A stretch of 64,000 nt of DNA, taken from an uncultured delta proteobacterium (GTDB lineage: Bacteria > Myxococcota > Myxococcia > Myxococcales > Myxococcaceae). Shown piece after piece: positions 1 through 9,582 of the stretch. Under the pieces are notes generated by a model, which did not search any database, was not told the DNA's origin, and was given only the letters and a program-made list of their open reading frames with translations. Every line of letters starts with the position of its first letter. Within the stretch, counting starts at the first letter, position 1. The position numbers were made by a program, and so were the translations under genes. Location: assembly GCA_963776345.1 (NCBI GenBank), contig CAVZMH010000022.1, positions 192,001 to 256,000 of the forward strand, written 5' to 3'.

Positions 1-2
1 CC

Positions 3-386
3 TTCTCGAATCCTCCCGGCCTCTCCACCCCGCGCGGCTACACGCACGTGGTCGACGTCCCGGCAGGTCGCATGCTCTACATCTCCGGTCAGGTGCCCCT
101 CGACGCGAAGGGCAACGTGGTCGGCCCCGGTGACGCGCGCGCGCAGACCGAGCAGGTGTTCAGGAATCTGAAGACCGCCCTCGAGGCCTCGGGCGCGAGC
201 CTCGCCGACATCGTGAAGCTGACCTGGTACATCCGGGATGTCTCGCAGCTCGCGACCTACCGTGAGGTGCGGGAGAAGTTCCTCGGAGATGGTCCCCGCC
301 CCGCGAGCACCCTGGTCGAGGTCAAGGGCCTGTACCGGGACGACGTCCTCCTCGAGCTCGACGCGATCGCCGCTCCCCGGCACTGA
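3..386 (+). CDS. Rid (YjgF/YER057c/UK114) family protein, 5'-truncated by the window edge
   Basis: Open from position 3 (FSNPPGLSTPRGYTHVVD). Contains LYISGQVP, AQTEQVFRNL and RPASTLVEV...LELDAIA motifs. Confidence 0.9.
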   Translation, partial: FSNPPGLSTPRGYTHVVDVPAGRMLYISGQVPLDAKGNVVGPGDARAQTEQVFRNLKTALEASGASLADIVKLTWYIRDVSQLATYREVREKFLGDGPRPASTLVEVKGLYRDDVLLELDAIAAPRH

Positions 387-392
387 GGGCCC

Positions 393-424
393 GGTGTCTG
401 GTGTCAGACACCCGTTCTGACACC
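393..424. repeat. REP-like palindrome cluster (GGTGTCAGACACC core)
   Basis: GGTGTCTG (393-400), GGTGTCAGACACC (400-412) and TCTGACACC (416-424). Related cores occur at 46000-46071 and 47928-47946. Confidence 0.6.
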
Positions 425-529
425 TCACGGCGGAGGGGGCCAGTCACCGAGGCCGGAGCGCCCTGCACCCTCGGCGCCGGCGGCCGTCTGTGCCGGCTGC
501 AACTCGGCAGACCGGCGAGCATTCTGCTC

Positions 530-998
530 GTGCGCGTCCTGCTCGCCGCCTGCCTCGCTCCCGCCGTCCTCGCCTGTGCCCACCCCGGAGGCTCCATCGT
601 GCCGACCTCGACCTTCTCCAATCCCCGCAGGGCTCTCCGAGCCTCGGGGGTACACCCACGTCGTGGACGTCCCGGCCGGCCGCACGCTGTACGTCTCCGG
701 GCAGGTCGCCTTCGACGAGAAGGGAAACCTCGTCGGCCCGGGTGATGTGCGGGCGCAGACCGAGCAGGTGTTCCGGAACTTGAAGGTCGCCCTCGAGTCG
801 GCGGGGGCGAGCTTCAAGGACGTGGTCAAGACGAACTGGTACGTCCGCGACGCCTCGCAGATCGCGATCTACCGGGAGGTGCGGGAGCGCTTCTTCGGCG
901 ATGGTCCGCGCCCGGCAAGCACCCTGGTCGAGGTGAAGTCGCTGGTCCGCGAGGAGCTCCTGATCGAGGTCGAGGCGATCGCCGCGCCCGGCCGCTGA
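530..998 (+). CDS. Rid family protein, second tandem copy, with lipoprotein-like signal peptide; apparent 1-nt insertion at ~623-626
   Basis: GTG530 gives MRVLLAACLAPAVLAC...TFSNP. Removing one C from CCCC joins it to AGLSEPRGYTHVVDVP...RPASTLVEV, matching the upstream paralog. Confidence 0.85.
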
Positions 999-1076
999 CG
1001 TCGCTGCCGGTCCTCTGCCCGGAGGACGTGCCTCCTCCGCAGGGTCGCTTGCTCCATCTCGAGCAGGAGGGGCCCT

Positions 1077-1757
1077 TCACTCCGCATCGTGGAAGATGAT
1101 CCCCAGCGTGTGCCGGCGCCCCGACCGGATCTCGCTGACCCCATGCCGCATCCGGACCCGGAACGCGCCGCGCGTCCCCTGGACCGGACGCTCGTTCACC
1201 GCGAAGGCCACCGCGTCGCCCTGCTGGAGCGCCACGACGTCCACCCGCGACTGCATCCGGGGCCGCTGCTGGGTGAGCACGAACTCGCCGCCGGTGAAGT
1301 CCACCTCCGGCCGGCTCAGGAGCACCGCCACCTGGAACGGGAAGACCGCCGGGCCGTAGAGGTCCTGGTGGAGGCAGTTGAAGTCGCCGGGGCCGTACCG
1401 GAGCAGCAGCGGCGTGGGCCGGCTCTGCCCCGCGGCATGACACCTCTCGAGATAGTCCTCGAGCCGGTCCGGATACCGGCTCGGCCTCTCGAGCGCCTCA
1501 ACCCAGCGGTTCGCCACCGGAGCGAGCGCCTCGTACAGCGACGCGCGCAGCGCGCCGACTCGCTCGGGGAGCGGGTGACCGAAGTACTGGTACTCGCCCC
1601 GGCCGAAGCCGTGCTTGCCCATGACGACCCGGGAACGGAACCGCGCGGGCTCGTCATAGAGCGCCGCCAGCCGCGCGCACTCCGCTCCGTCGAGCAGTCC
1701 CGGGATGACTCCGTGGCCCGTCTTCTCCAGCGCCTGCGTCCAGTCTTGCTCGCCCAT
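1077..1757 (-). CDS. 2OG-Fe(II) oxygenase (DUF2086 / prolyl-4-hydroxylase-like)
   Basis: HQD iron-binding motif (NCLHQDLYG), distal His (MRHGVS) and RHTLGIIFHD. GAGAGG precedes ATG1757. Confidence 0.85.
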   Translation of the reverse strand: MGEQDWTQALEKTGHGVIPGLLDGAECARLAALYDEPARFRSRVVMGKHGFGRGEYQYFGHPLPERVGALRASLYEALAPVANRWVEALERPSRYPDRLEDYLERCHAAGQSRPTPLLLRYGPGDFNCLHQDLYGPAVFPFQVAVLLSRPEVDFTGGEFVLTQQRPRMQSRVDVVALQQGDAVAFAVNERPVQGTRGAFRVRMRHGVSEIRSGRRHTLGIIFHDAE

Positions 1758-1845
1758 GCCGTGACACCTCTCACCGCCGCCGCCGGACGGCGCCCCGGAT
1801 CCTGTGCCCGTCGTCGGAGGTGGCGCCGCGCGACCGGACGAGCCC

Positions 1846-2526
1846 TCAGCCCGCGTCGTCGGTCGACGGGGCGGATGCATGCGCGTCCTCGGTCCCGGGG
1901 CCGGCGGCCTCCGCCGCGTCCGCTGCTTCCTCGGCCCGCTGCTCCACGCTCTCGGGCGCGTCGGCCGCGGCCCGCTGCTCGGGCGACTCGGCGGCCTCGG
2001 CGGCGGCGCGCGCCTTGACCTCCTCGTCGCTGAGGAAGCCCACCGGCGAGCCCGGCGCGTTGAGGAACCGCACCGCCTTCGGGAACTCGCCCACCAGCGA
2101 GAGCGCGAGCTCCGCCGGGACCAGCGCGTGCTCGATCTGCGCCGGGTCCGGCCGCTCGACCACCGCCAGCCGGCCCTCCTCCAGCGCCTCGGCCTGGGCC
2201 TCCGACAGCTCCAGCCGCCGGAGCCGGTTCTTCCGCGTCACGAAGTAGAACGTCCGCTCGCCCGGCTCCACCGCCACCTCCGCGGCGAGCACCCGCTCCC
2301 GGAGCTGCCGGTCCCGCTCCACCTGCCGCTTCGCCTCCAGGCGCTGCGAGGCCTTGCTGCCCGCGAGTGGCGGGAGCTTGGGGATCGCCGCCGGCGGCTG
2401 GAGCCGCGCCACCATCCACGGTCCGCCCTTGCTCCCCTCGCGCGTCGGGGGCGCCTTCTCGGCCTTCTCCGCCTGCTCGGCGGTCACCAGGCCAGCCTTG
2501 AGGAGCTTGTCGCGGAGGTTCTGCAC
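1846..2526 (-). CDS. DUF2058 (YaiL-like) family protein
   Basis: N-terminal MQNLRDKLLKAGLV signature and a LEEGRLAVV motif. Confidence 0.7.
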   Translation of the reverse strand: MQNLRDKLLKAGLVTAEQAEKAEKAPPTREGSKGGPWMVARLQPPAAIPKLPPLAGSKASQRLEAKRQVERDRQLRERVLAAEVAVEPGERTFYFVTRKNRLRRLELSEAQAEALEEGRLAVVERPDPAQIEHALVPAELALSLVGEFPKAVRFLNAPGSPVGFLSDEEVKARAAAEAAESPEQRAAADAPESVEQRAEEAADAAEAAGPGTEDAHASAPSTDDAG

Positions 2527-2591
2527 GGCGGCAGCAGCTTCTAGCCGCGTCCGGCCGGGAGACGAAAGCCCCGTGGTAGGGTGCCAGTTCC

Positions 2592-3602
2592 GTGCTGCAC
2601 TCTCCCCGTCTCCTCATCGCGGGGCTGGCGTTGCTCGCCGCCTGCACCGACCCCGTCGACCGCGCCGCCAAGGAGCGCATCTTCTCGCCCGAGGCTCCTC
2701 CGCCGGTCGTCGCCTCGGCCAAGGAGGCGCTGGACCCGCAGAAGCTCACCTCGGACCCGAGGCTCGCCCACCGGGTGGTGGACATGGGCCCCGCCGAGGT
2801 CACCGAGCGGCTCGGGGCACATCGCTTCAGCGCCGAGGTCTCCTTCGAGTGGGGCTCGGGCAAGGACCGGGTGAAGCTCACCGAGAATCGGCTCCTCGAG
2901 TCGGCGGCCGGCGGCGTCGCCGGCGACTTCCACGCCCGCATCGACAACAGCCGGGACCAGGGGCTGGAGGTCGTGCGCGCCCGCGGCCAGGTCTTCGCCC
3001 GCAGCAAGTACGGCAAGTACCGGCTGCGCCTCCGCGACCGCGGCATCGCCGAGCGCACCCGCGACGAGATCGCCGGCGCGCTCGGCGAGCTGGACGGGCT
3101 CTTCCAGGGCCGGCTCGAGCTCGTGCTCGACGGGCCCACCTCGGTCGAGGGGCGGCCCGCGGTTCGCTACACCGTCCGGCTCGCGGACGCCGCCGCAGCA
3201 GTGAAGCGGGGCGAGACGCCGCCGCCGGTTGCCTACGCCCGCAGCGGGCTCGACGAGGACAGCGCCCGCCGCCAGCGCTTCATGGACCAGCGGCAGCCGA
3301 AGAAGCTCTCGGGAGAGGTGGTGGTCGACGCCGCCACCGCGGTGGTGCTCCGCGCGCACCTGGACGGAACCCTCGCGGTGCCGGGCGGCGCGGGCGTCGC
3401 TCCGGCGCAGCTCCACGTGCTCCTCGACGAGCGCATCCGCGACCTGGGCAAGCCCGTCGCCATCCAGGTCCCCGAGGGACACCTCCCGGACGCCGACAAG
3501 CCCGAGGGGATCGCCGACGCCCTGGACCGGTTCGGCATCCAGCGGAAGGCCGGCGCCGACGCCGGGGTGGACACCGAGGCCGACGAGGACACCTCCGGAT
3601 AG
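2592..3602 (+). CDS. Myxobacterial lipoprotein of unknown function
   Basis: Lipobox LALLAAC, beta-rich body and GC3-biased codons. Confidence 0.75.
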   Translation: MLHSPRLLIAGLALLAACTDPVDRAAKERIFSPEAPPPVVASAKEALDPQKLTSDPRLAHRVVDMGPAEVTERLGAHRFSAEVSFEWGSGKDRVKLTENRLLESAAGGVAGDFHARIDNSRDQGLEVVRARGQVFARSKYGKYRLRLRDRGIAERTRDEIAGALGELDGLFQGRLELVLDGPTSVEGRPAVRYTVRLADAAAAVKRGETPPPVAYARSGLDEDSARRQRFMDQRQPKKLSGEVVVDAATAVVLRAHLDGTLAVPGGAGVAPAQLHVLLDERIRDLGKPVAIQVPEGHLPDADKPEGIADALDRFGIQRKAGADAGVDTEADEDTSG

Positions 3603-3763
3603 GCCCGGTCCTGCTCGGGTTTTTGCCCTGCCGGAGGGCCCGGCGGACGCTCACGCTCGAAAAGTTGATCTCCCCTGACCGGCTCGTAAGTTGTCGGAAC
3701 GCCGCGGGTCTCTTGCGGCTCCTCTGGACGCCCGTTCAGAGGTGGGACGAGGACGAGCGAGAC

Positions 3764-4045
3764 ATGGAGCGCACGCCGAAGAAGCAGGCCGGAGCCGTCA
3801 TCGAGGCGCTGCGCACCAATCACCGCGTCCTCGCCCCGGAGGAGGAGCGGGCGGTCCGGATGGTCCACGGTCTCGGCGTCCGGTCGGACGCCCCCCTGGC
3901 CCGCATCGCGCCCGACGGGAGCGAGCTCGCCGACGAGCTGCTGCTCCTGGAGCTCCAGCTCGCCCGCCAGGCCCGCACCCGCGCGCCCCGCCTGCCCTCG
4001 CCGTCGAAGTCGAAGATCGTCCGCGCCCTTCGCGGCCGGCGCTGA
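3764..4045 (+). CDS. Small protein with sigma70 region-4.1-like N-terminal half
   Basis: ATG3764 follows GAGGACGAG. LAPEEERAVRMVHGLG resembles RpoD LTPREEKVLRMRFGIG. Confidence 0.65.
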   Translation: MERTPKKQAGAVIEALRTNHRVLAPEEERAVRMVHGLGVRSDAPLARIAPDGSELADELLLLELQLARQARTRAPRLPSPSKSKIVRALRGRR

Positions 4046-4046
4046 G

Positions 4047-5525
4047 TCAGGCTCCCAGCACCGACACCAGCTCCGCCCCCAGCCGCTCGAGCCCCAGGGG
4101 GCTCGCGCAGAGCGCCGGCGCCATCTGCTCCGGCGCCTCGGGCGCGCCCCGGCTCCAGAGCGCCACCAGCCAGCGCGCGGCGCTCGGGTTCCGGAACTCG
4201 TCCGCGTCGAAGCGGCGGTCGGCCTCGGACCACAGGCAGCTCGCCAGCGCCGCCGCACGGAGCTGCCGCTGCGTCACGTCCAGGTCCGCCGCCATCGCCA
4301 GCGCCTGGCCCCGGCCCACACGGACCTGCAGCGCCAGGGAGAGCGCGTCGGCCGCCTCGCCGAGCCGCTGCAGCGTCGGCCCGGACGTAGCCATGGTCCG
4401 GCGGTGCGGCTCCAGGGCCGCCTCCGCCCGCAGCGTCCCCAGCGCCACCAGCGCCTCCATCCGCGCCACCTCGCGCGCCGTCGCCCGGCCGAGGGCGAGC
4501 GCTTCCCGAAGCCATCGCTCGCGCCAGAGCAGCCCGCGCACCAGCCAGCCCGACGCCGCCACCACCGCGCGGTCGCCCATCCATCGGTGCTCCACCGGGG
4601 CCTCGGGCTCGATCGACGCGAGGTGCAGCGCGCAGCCGGTCCAGAAGAACCGGAGAGGGACCTCGGGGGCCCCTGCGTCCGGCGCCGGGAGCAGGAGCTC
4701 GACCCGCTCCGGCACCTCCACCGGGATGACCTGTGCCGCGGGAGCCGGCACCGTCCTGATCCGGATGTGCGGCGAGCGCTCCACCATGCCGGGCAGTCGC
4801 GCCGCCCAGGCCCGGAGCGCCTCGTCCGCCGCCTCCAGCGCCCCGGCGTAGCCCGGCAGCGCCCGCGCCCGGTCCAGGTCGGCGAGCGTGGCGTCGCCGC
4901 GAGGCAGGGGAGCGAGGCGCGCCGCCACCTTCCCCAGCGCCCAGCCGAGCACGTCGCGGTACGCGTCGCCGGTCGCCCGCAGGAAGGCATCGGTGTCGAG
5001 CGCCGCCCAGGTCGGGTCCCGCCGCGCATCGAGCAGCGCGGGCAGGCTCGCCGCCCCGAGCGCGCTCGCCCCGTCGGCCAGCTCCGCCTGCACTCGCTGC
5101 GCCTTCGACAGGAGCGCCTCCCAGCCGCGATCGACCGCCGACGCGCGTTGCAGCCGCGCCGGCCGCTCCTCGGTGTGCGCGAGCGCTGCCTCCGTCTCCG
5201 CCAGCGGCGACTCCAGCCCGCTCTCCGGAGCGCTCCGCCAGAGGGAGGCCTCCAGCGCGGTCCTGGCCTCCCGCGCCGCCGCCTCCAGCGAGGCGTCCTG
5301 GAGGAAGCGCACCAGAAGCCGCAGCCGGGGGAGCTCCGGCTCCGGCACCCGCTGCGAGGCGAGCAGCGCGCCCACCGCCCGCGCGGTCTCCGGGGAGACC
5401 GTCTCGCGGTGCGCGGCGTCCAGGGGCGCGAGGCTCGCCACGTCCGGCGCCGCCTTCGCCCGGGCGCGTCCTACCTCCTCCAGCCATGCTTCGGCCTCGA
5501 CGCGGAGCGCGTTCAGCGATGCCAT
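4047..5525 (-). CDS. Helical protein, probable degenerate M3/M32 oligopeptidase-like fold
   Basis: The distal 492 aa of the long ORF start at MASLNALRVE. It has an IPVEVPERVELL...GCALHLAS segment where HEXXH is expected. Confidence 0.55.
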   Translation of the reverse strand: MASLNALRVEAEAWLEEVGRARAKAAPDVASLAPLDAAHRETVSPETARAVGALLASQRVPEPELPRLRLLVRFLQDASLEAAAREARTALEASLWRSAPESGLESPLAETEAALAHTEERPARLQRASAVDRGWEALLSKAQRVQAELADGASALGAASLPALLDARRDPTWAALDTDAFLRATGDAYRDVLGWALGKVAARLAPLPRGDATLADLDRARALPGYAGALEAADEALRAWAARLPGMVERSPHIRIRTVPAPAAQVIPVEVPERVELLLPAPDAGAPEVPLRFFWTGCALHLASIEPEAPVEHRWMGDRAVVAASGWLVRGLLWRERWLREALALGRATAREVARMEALVALGTLRAEAALEPHRRTMATSGPTLQRLGEAADALSLALQVRVGRGQALAMAADLDVTQRQLRAAALASCLWSEADRRFDADEFRNPSAARWLVALWSRGAPEAPEQMAPALCASPLGLERLGAELVSVLGA

Positions 5526-5545
5526 GGTCCCTCGGTCTCGCGACT

Positions 5546-6695
5546 CTAGCGGTCCTCGAGGAGGTCGGTGGCGGTCAGCTCCGGCGCGGCGCGGCCCGTC
5601 TCGTACGCCAGGAGCCCCAGCGCATCGTACCGGGGACGGATGCGGTCGGAGAGCAGCCCGATGCGCTTGAGATTCGGGACGATGCGCTTGAACATCGTCT
5701 GCCGGAACGAGCCCATCAGCGTGCTGGCGAGGGTCAGCCGCTCCCACTCCGCGCGCTTGAAGGCGTGCGCCCAGTGCTCCTCGTAGAACTCCCAGGCCAG
5801 GAAGCGGTTGCGGAGCAAGAGCGACACCTCGAACGCCCAGTCCTCGCGCTCCCTCCGCTCCCGCTCGCTCAGGCCCTGGAAGCATTCCTGGAGGGCGAGC
5901 ACCCCGAAGTGCACGTGGCGGGCCTCGTCGGTGATGACGTAGGTGAGCAGCTGCTTGAGCAGCGGCTCGCCGGTGATCTGCCGGAGCGTCCCGAACGCCC
6001 CCAGCGCCAGCCCCTCGATCATGATCTGCATCCCGAGGAACTTCATGTCCCAGCGGGAGTCGGTCATCAGCGCGTCGACGATGGTGTAGAGGTTGTCGTT
6101 GATCTCGTAGAGCTTCTCCAGCTTCCGGGTGAGGTAGCCGTGGAACACCTCGACGTGCCGACCCTCGTCCACCACCTGGCTGCTGCCGTAGAGCTTGGCG
6201 TCGAGCCAGGGCACGGCCTCGGTCACCTGGCAGGCCGCGAACAGCGCGCCCTGCTCGCCGTGGAGGAACTGGCTCAAGAGCCACGAGAGCAGATCGTGCC
6301 GCTGCTTCATCCGGCTCCTCGGCGCTCAGCGTCTGCCATGCCGGCGTGGTGGAGACCGGGTGGAAGTGCTCGGGGATGAGCGGGTGCTCGGGGTCGAGCG
6401 GATCCACCGACCGCGACCAGTCGAGGTCGGTGGCGCCGTTCCACTGCGAGGTCTTCGCCGCCTCGTACAGCCGGCTGAGCTGCGGGCGGTCCCGCAGGTA
6501 GCGCCAGTCGAAGAGGGCCCGGTGCTCGGCCTGCATCGCGGTGCTCCGGGCGCCGCGCGCCTCCTGCATCACCAGCCCTCGGTAGGCCGGCCCGAGCAGC
6601 GAGGCGAGCACCTTGAGGTTCCCGCTGGCCGAGGCCTCGCGGAGCACCGGCCCGGATCGCCCGAGGTTCTGCACCGCCCTGGCCAGCGTGGTCAT
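5546..6695 (-). CDS. Ferritin-like di-iron oxygenase (AurF-like); apparent frameshift at ~6310-6315
   Basis: The N-terminal part (MTTLARAVQ...QWNGATDLDWS) joins MKQRHDLLSW...HGEQGAL...DEGRH...IEGLA...DEARH, which carries two ExxH motifs. Confidence 0.8.
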
Positions 6696-6757
6696 GGCTG
6701 GGCACGCTGGCAGGACGTTGATTCCCGGGTCAAGGCGTCCGGCGGAGCGCGGCGGGC

Positions 6758-7663
6758 GTGAAGCGCAGGGCCTTCCAGACGCGCGCCGCCGGGGAGCTCG
6801 CGGACAGCGTGGCCCACGGGCTCGGCTGCCCGCTGGACGAGGCGCGCGCGCTCGTCGGCCGGGGCGCGGTCTACGTGCGCGGCCGCCGCCAGCGCGACGC
6901 CACGCTCGCGGTGCCGGCCGACACGCCGGTCCTGGTGGTCCTCGAGGAGAGCGGACGCTCCTCCACCGAGCCCGGCCCCGCCCCCGCACCGCTGCGCATC
7001 CTCCACGAGGACGCGGAGGTGCTCGCGGTGGACAAGCCGCCCGGGCTCCCCGCGCAGCCCACGCCGGGCGGGGCCCCCAGCCTGCTCCTCCTCGCCTCGG
7101 CGCACCTCGGCCGCGAGGCGGGGCTGGTCCACCGGCTGGACCGGGGCACCAGCGGGGTGACGGTGTTCGGGAAGTCGCCGGAGGCGACCTCCGCGCTCGC
7201 GGCGAGCTTCCGGACCGGCGTCGCCCGCAAGCAGTACCTCGCCGTCACCGGGCCCGGGCTCCCGGCCGCCGGCACCTGCACCCTCCGGCTGGCGCGGGAC
7301 CCGAGCCGTCCGGGCCGGTGGCTGGCGCGCGCACGCGACGGGCTCGAGGCCGAGACCCGGTTCCGCCGGCTCGGAGGGACGGCGGAGCTCGCGCTCGCGG
7401 CGGTGTGGCCCCGCACCGGCCGCACGCACCAGATCCGCGCCCACCTCGCCGCCCTCGGAGCGCCCATCGCCGGAGACCGGCTCTACGGCGGGCCGCCGAC
7501 GCTCGGGGACCGTCCCGTCCCCCGCTCGCTCCTCCACGCCCACGTGCTGCTGCTGCCGCACCCGCGCACCGGCCGCCCGCTGCGGCTGGTGGCGCCGCTC
7601 CCGGACGACCTCGCGCCCTTCCTCGCCGCGCTGGACGTGGTCCCCCCGGAGGAGGGCGCCTGA
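6758..7663 (+). CDS. RluA/RluD family pseudouridine synthase
   Basis: VDKPPGL, HRLDRGTSG and TGRTHQIRAH motifs. Confidence 0.92.
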   Translation: MKRRAFQTRAAGELADSVAHGLGCPLDEARALVGRGAVYVRGRRQRDATLAVPADTPVLVVLEESGRSSTEPGPAPAPLRILHEDAEVLAVDKPPGLPAQPTPGGAPSLLLLASAHLGREAGLVHRLDRGTSGVTVFGKSPEATSALAASFRTGVARKQYLAVTGPGLPAAGTCTLRLARDPSRPGRWLARARDGLEAETRFRRLGGTAELALAAVWPRTGRTHQIRAHLAALGAPIAGDRLYGGPPTLGDRPVPRSLLHAHVLLLPHPRTGRPLRLVAPLPDDLAPFLAALDVVPPEEGA

Positions 7664-7728
7664 GCCTGGTCGCGCGGCGCTGCTGCGCCGCCCCGTGGGC
7701 GTCCCCCTGGTGCGGGGGACCGAGCTGC

Positions 7729-8570
7729 TCACTGCAGCTGGAACCGCAGCCCGCCGACGATGAGGTCGCCGGCCCCGGCCAGGCCGTGCCGCCAGCCGAC
7801 GTCGAGCCCGGTGTTGTCCATCACCAGCCCCAGCCCCGCGGTGACGAAGTTCTGCTGCACCGGCTCGCGCCACTCCCACCCGCCGCGCAGGGCGAAGGCT
7901 GCGCCCGAGGAAGAGCTCCAGCCCGGAGTTCCAGATGGGATGCAGGGGGCCGCGTCCGATGTCGCTCCGCACCTCCGTCGCCAGGCGGACCGGACCGAGC
8001 AGCAGCCCGAAGCCCACCTCGAAGCTGCGGGACAGCTCCGGGTGGCTGGGTGTCGATCAGGTTGTACCCGGCGAAGCCGAGCGTCAGCTGCGGGAGGACG
8101 AGGATCGACACGCCGACATTCATGCTCGCCGCGTTGATCTTCGGCATGCTCTGGATGAGCCAGCGTCCCCCGATGCCGACGGACACCTTGTCCCCCAGCC
8201 GGGTGGCGATGGCGAGGGAGTGGGCCCACTGCCCCACGTTCCCGGCGCCGTAGTCGTTGGAGATGTAGTGGAGGCTGTAGGCGCCGGAGAACTCCGGGTT
8301 GGTGCTGTCGCGCACCCAGCCGGCCGCGAACCAGCCCTTCGACTTCCAGTCGTACCCGCCGCCGAACTCCAGCTGGTAGGACTGGAACAGCCCCATCGCC
8401 GCCGGGTTTCCGTCCGCGGCATTGGCCCCGATGCCCAGCTCGCGGAAGGTGCCGCCCATCCCCACCTCGCGGGCGCCCCGGGCGGTGTCGAAGTCGAGGG
8501 GAGGGGCCGCGGCGAGCAGCGGGCGCGAGAGGAGAAGGCAGGCGAGGGCGACGAGTCGGGTCATTCGCAC
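7729..8570 (-). CDS. Outer-membrane beta-barrel protein (PorV/FadL-like N-terminus); apparent frameshifts at ~7890-8050
   Basis: Signal peptide, GAREVGMGG...GNPAAM and amphipathic strands. The C-terminus (FALRGGWEW...GLDVGWR...GLRFQLQ) lies in another frame. Confidence 0.6.
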
Positions 8571-8585
8571 CGGCAGGCTACGCGC

Positions 8586-9569
8586 TCAGGGCAACAGCAC
8601 CGTCGAGCCGGTCGTCCTCCGCGACTCGAGATCCACGTGCGCCCGGGCCACCTCGCGCAGCGGATACCGCTGGTTGACGTGGATGGTCAGCACCCGGCGG
8701 GCGACCAGGTCGAACAGCTCGCGCGCTCCGGACAGGAGATCCTCGCGCTTGGCGGTGTAGGTCCCCAGCGTGGGGCGAGTGACGTAGAGCGAGCCGCCCG
8801 CGGCCAGCCGCTGCAGGTCGAACGGGGGCACGGGGCCGCTCGAGGCGCCGAAGAGCACCATCAGCCCGAACGGAGCCAGGCACTCCAGCGACGCGTCGAA
8901 GGTGTCCTTGCCGATCGAGTCGTACACCACCGGCACCTTCGCGCCCCCGGTGAGCTCCTTCACCTTCGCCGGGAGGTCGCGGCGGTTGTTCGCCTCGAGC
9001 ACCAGCGGATGGGTGCACCCGGCCTCCTGCGCGAGCCGGGCCTTGGCCTCGCTGCCCACGGTGCCGATGACCGTCGCCCCGAGGTGCCTGAGCCACTGGC
9101 AGAGGATGAGCCCCACCCCGCCGGCCGCGGCGTGCACCAGCACCGTCTGGCTGCGCTCCACGCGGAACGTCCTGCGCACCAGGTACCAGGCGGTGAGCCC
9201 CTTGAGCAGCGACGCCGCGGCGGCCTCGTCCGACACGCCCTCGGGCACCGGGACCAGCCGGTCCGCGGGGTAGTTGCGCGTCTCGGAGTACGCGCCCAGC
9301 GGGGCACCGGCGTACGCCACGCGGTCCCCCACCCGGACCGCCGCGACGCCGGCGCCGACCGCGGTGACCACCCCGGCCGCCTCCTGTCCCAGCCCGCTCG
9401 GGAGCTGGAGCGGGTAGTGGCCGTCGCGCTGGTAGACGTCGATGAAGTTCAGGCCGATGGCGGTGTGCCTCAGCGTGGCCTCGCCCGGACCGGGAGGCGG
9501 GACCTGGACCTCCTCCAGGACCATGACCTCCGGGCCTCCCTGCTTCCTCAGCCGGACCGCGAGCGACAT
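8586..9569 (-). CDS. qor: NADPH:quinone oxidoreductase (zeta-crystallin/MDR family)
   Basis: AIGLNFID, HAAAGGVG, VVYDSIGKDTF and RRTTGSTVL motifs. Confidence 0.92.
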   Translation of the reverse strand: MSLAVRLRKQGGPEVMVLEEVQVPPPGPGEATLRHTAIGLNFIDVYQRDGHYPLQLPSGLGQEAAGVVTAVGAGVAAVRVGDRVAYAGAPLGAYSETRNYPADRLVPVPEGVSDEAAAASLLKGLTAWYLVRRTFRVERSQTVLVHAAAGGVGLILCQWLRHLGATVIGTVGSEAKARLAQEAGCTHPLVLEANNRRDLPAKVKELTGGAKVPVVYDSIGKDTFDASLECLAPFGLMVLFGASSGPVPPFDLQRLAAGGSLYVTRPTLGTYTAKREDLLSGARELFDLVARRVLTIHVNQRYPLREVARAHVDLESRRTTGSTVLLP

Positions 9570-9582
9570 CGAGCGTGCCTCC

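Noticed and set aside
4047..6989. 980-aa ORF as one protein
   Set aside because: It is a chimera of the di-iron N-terminus, off-frame sequence and a separate downstream gene.
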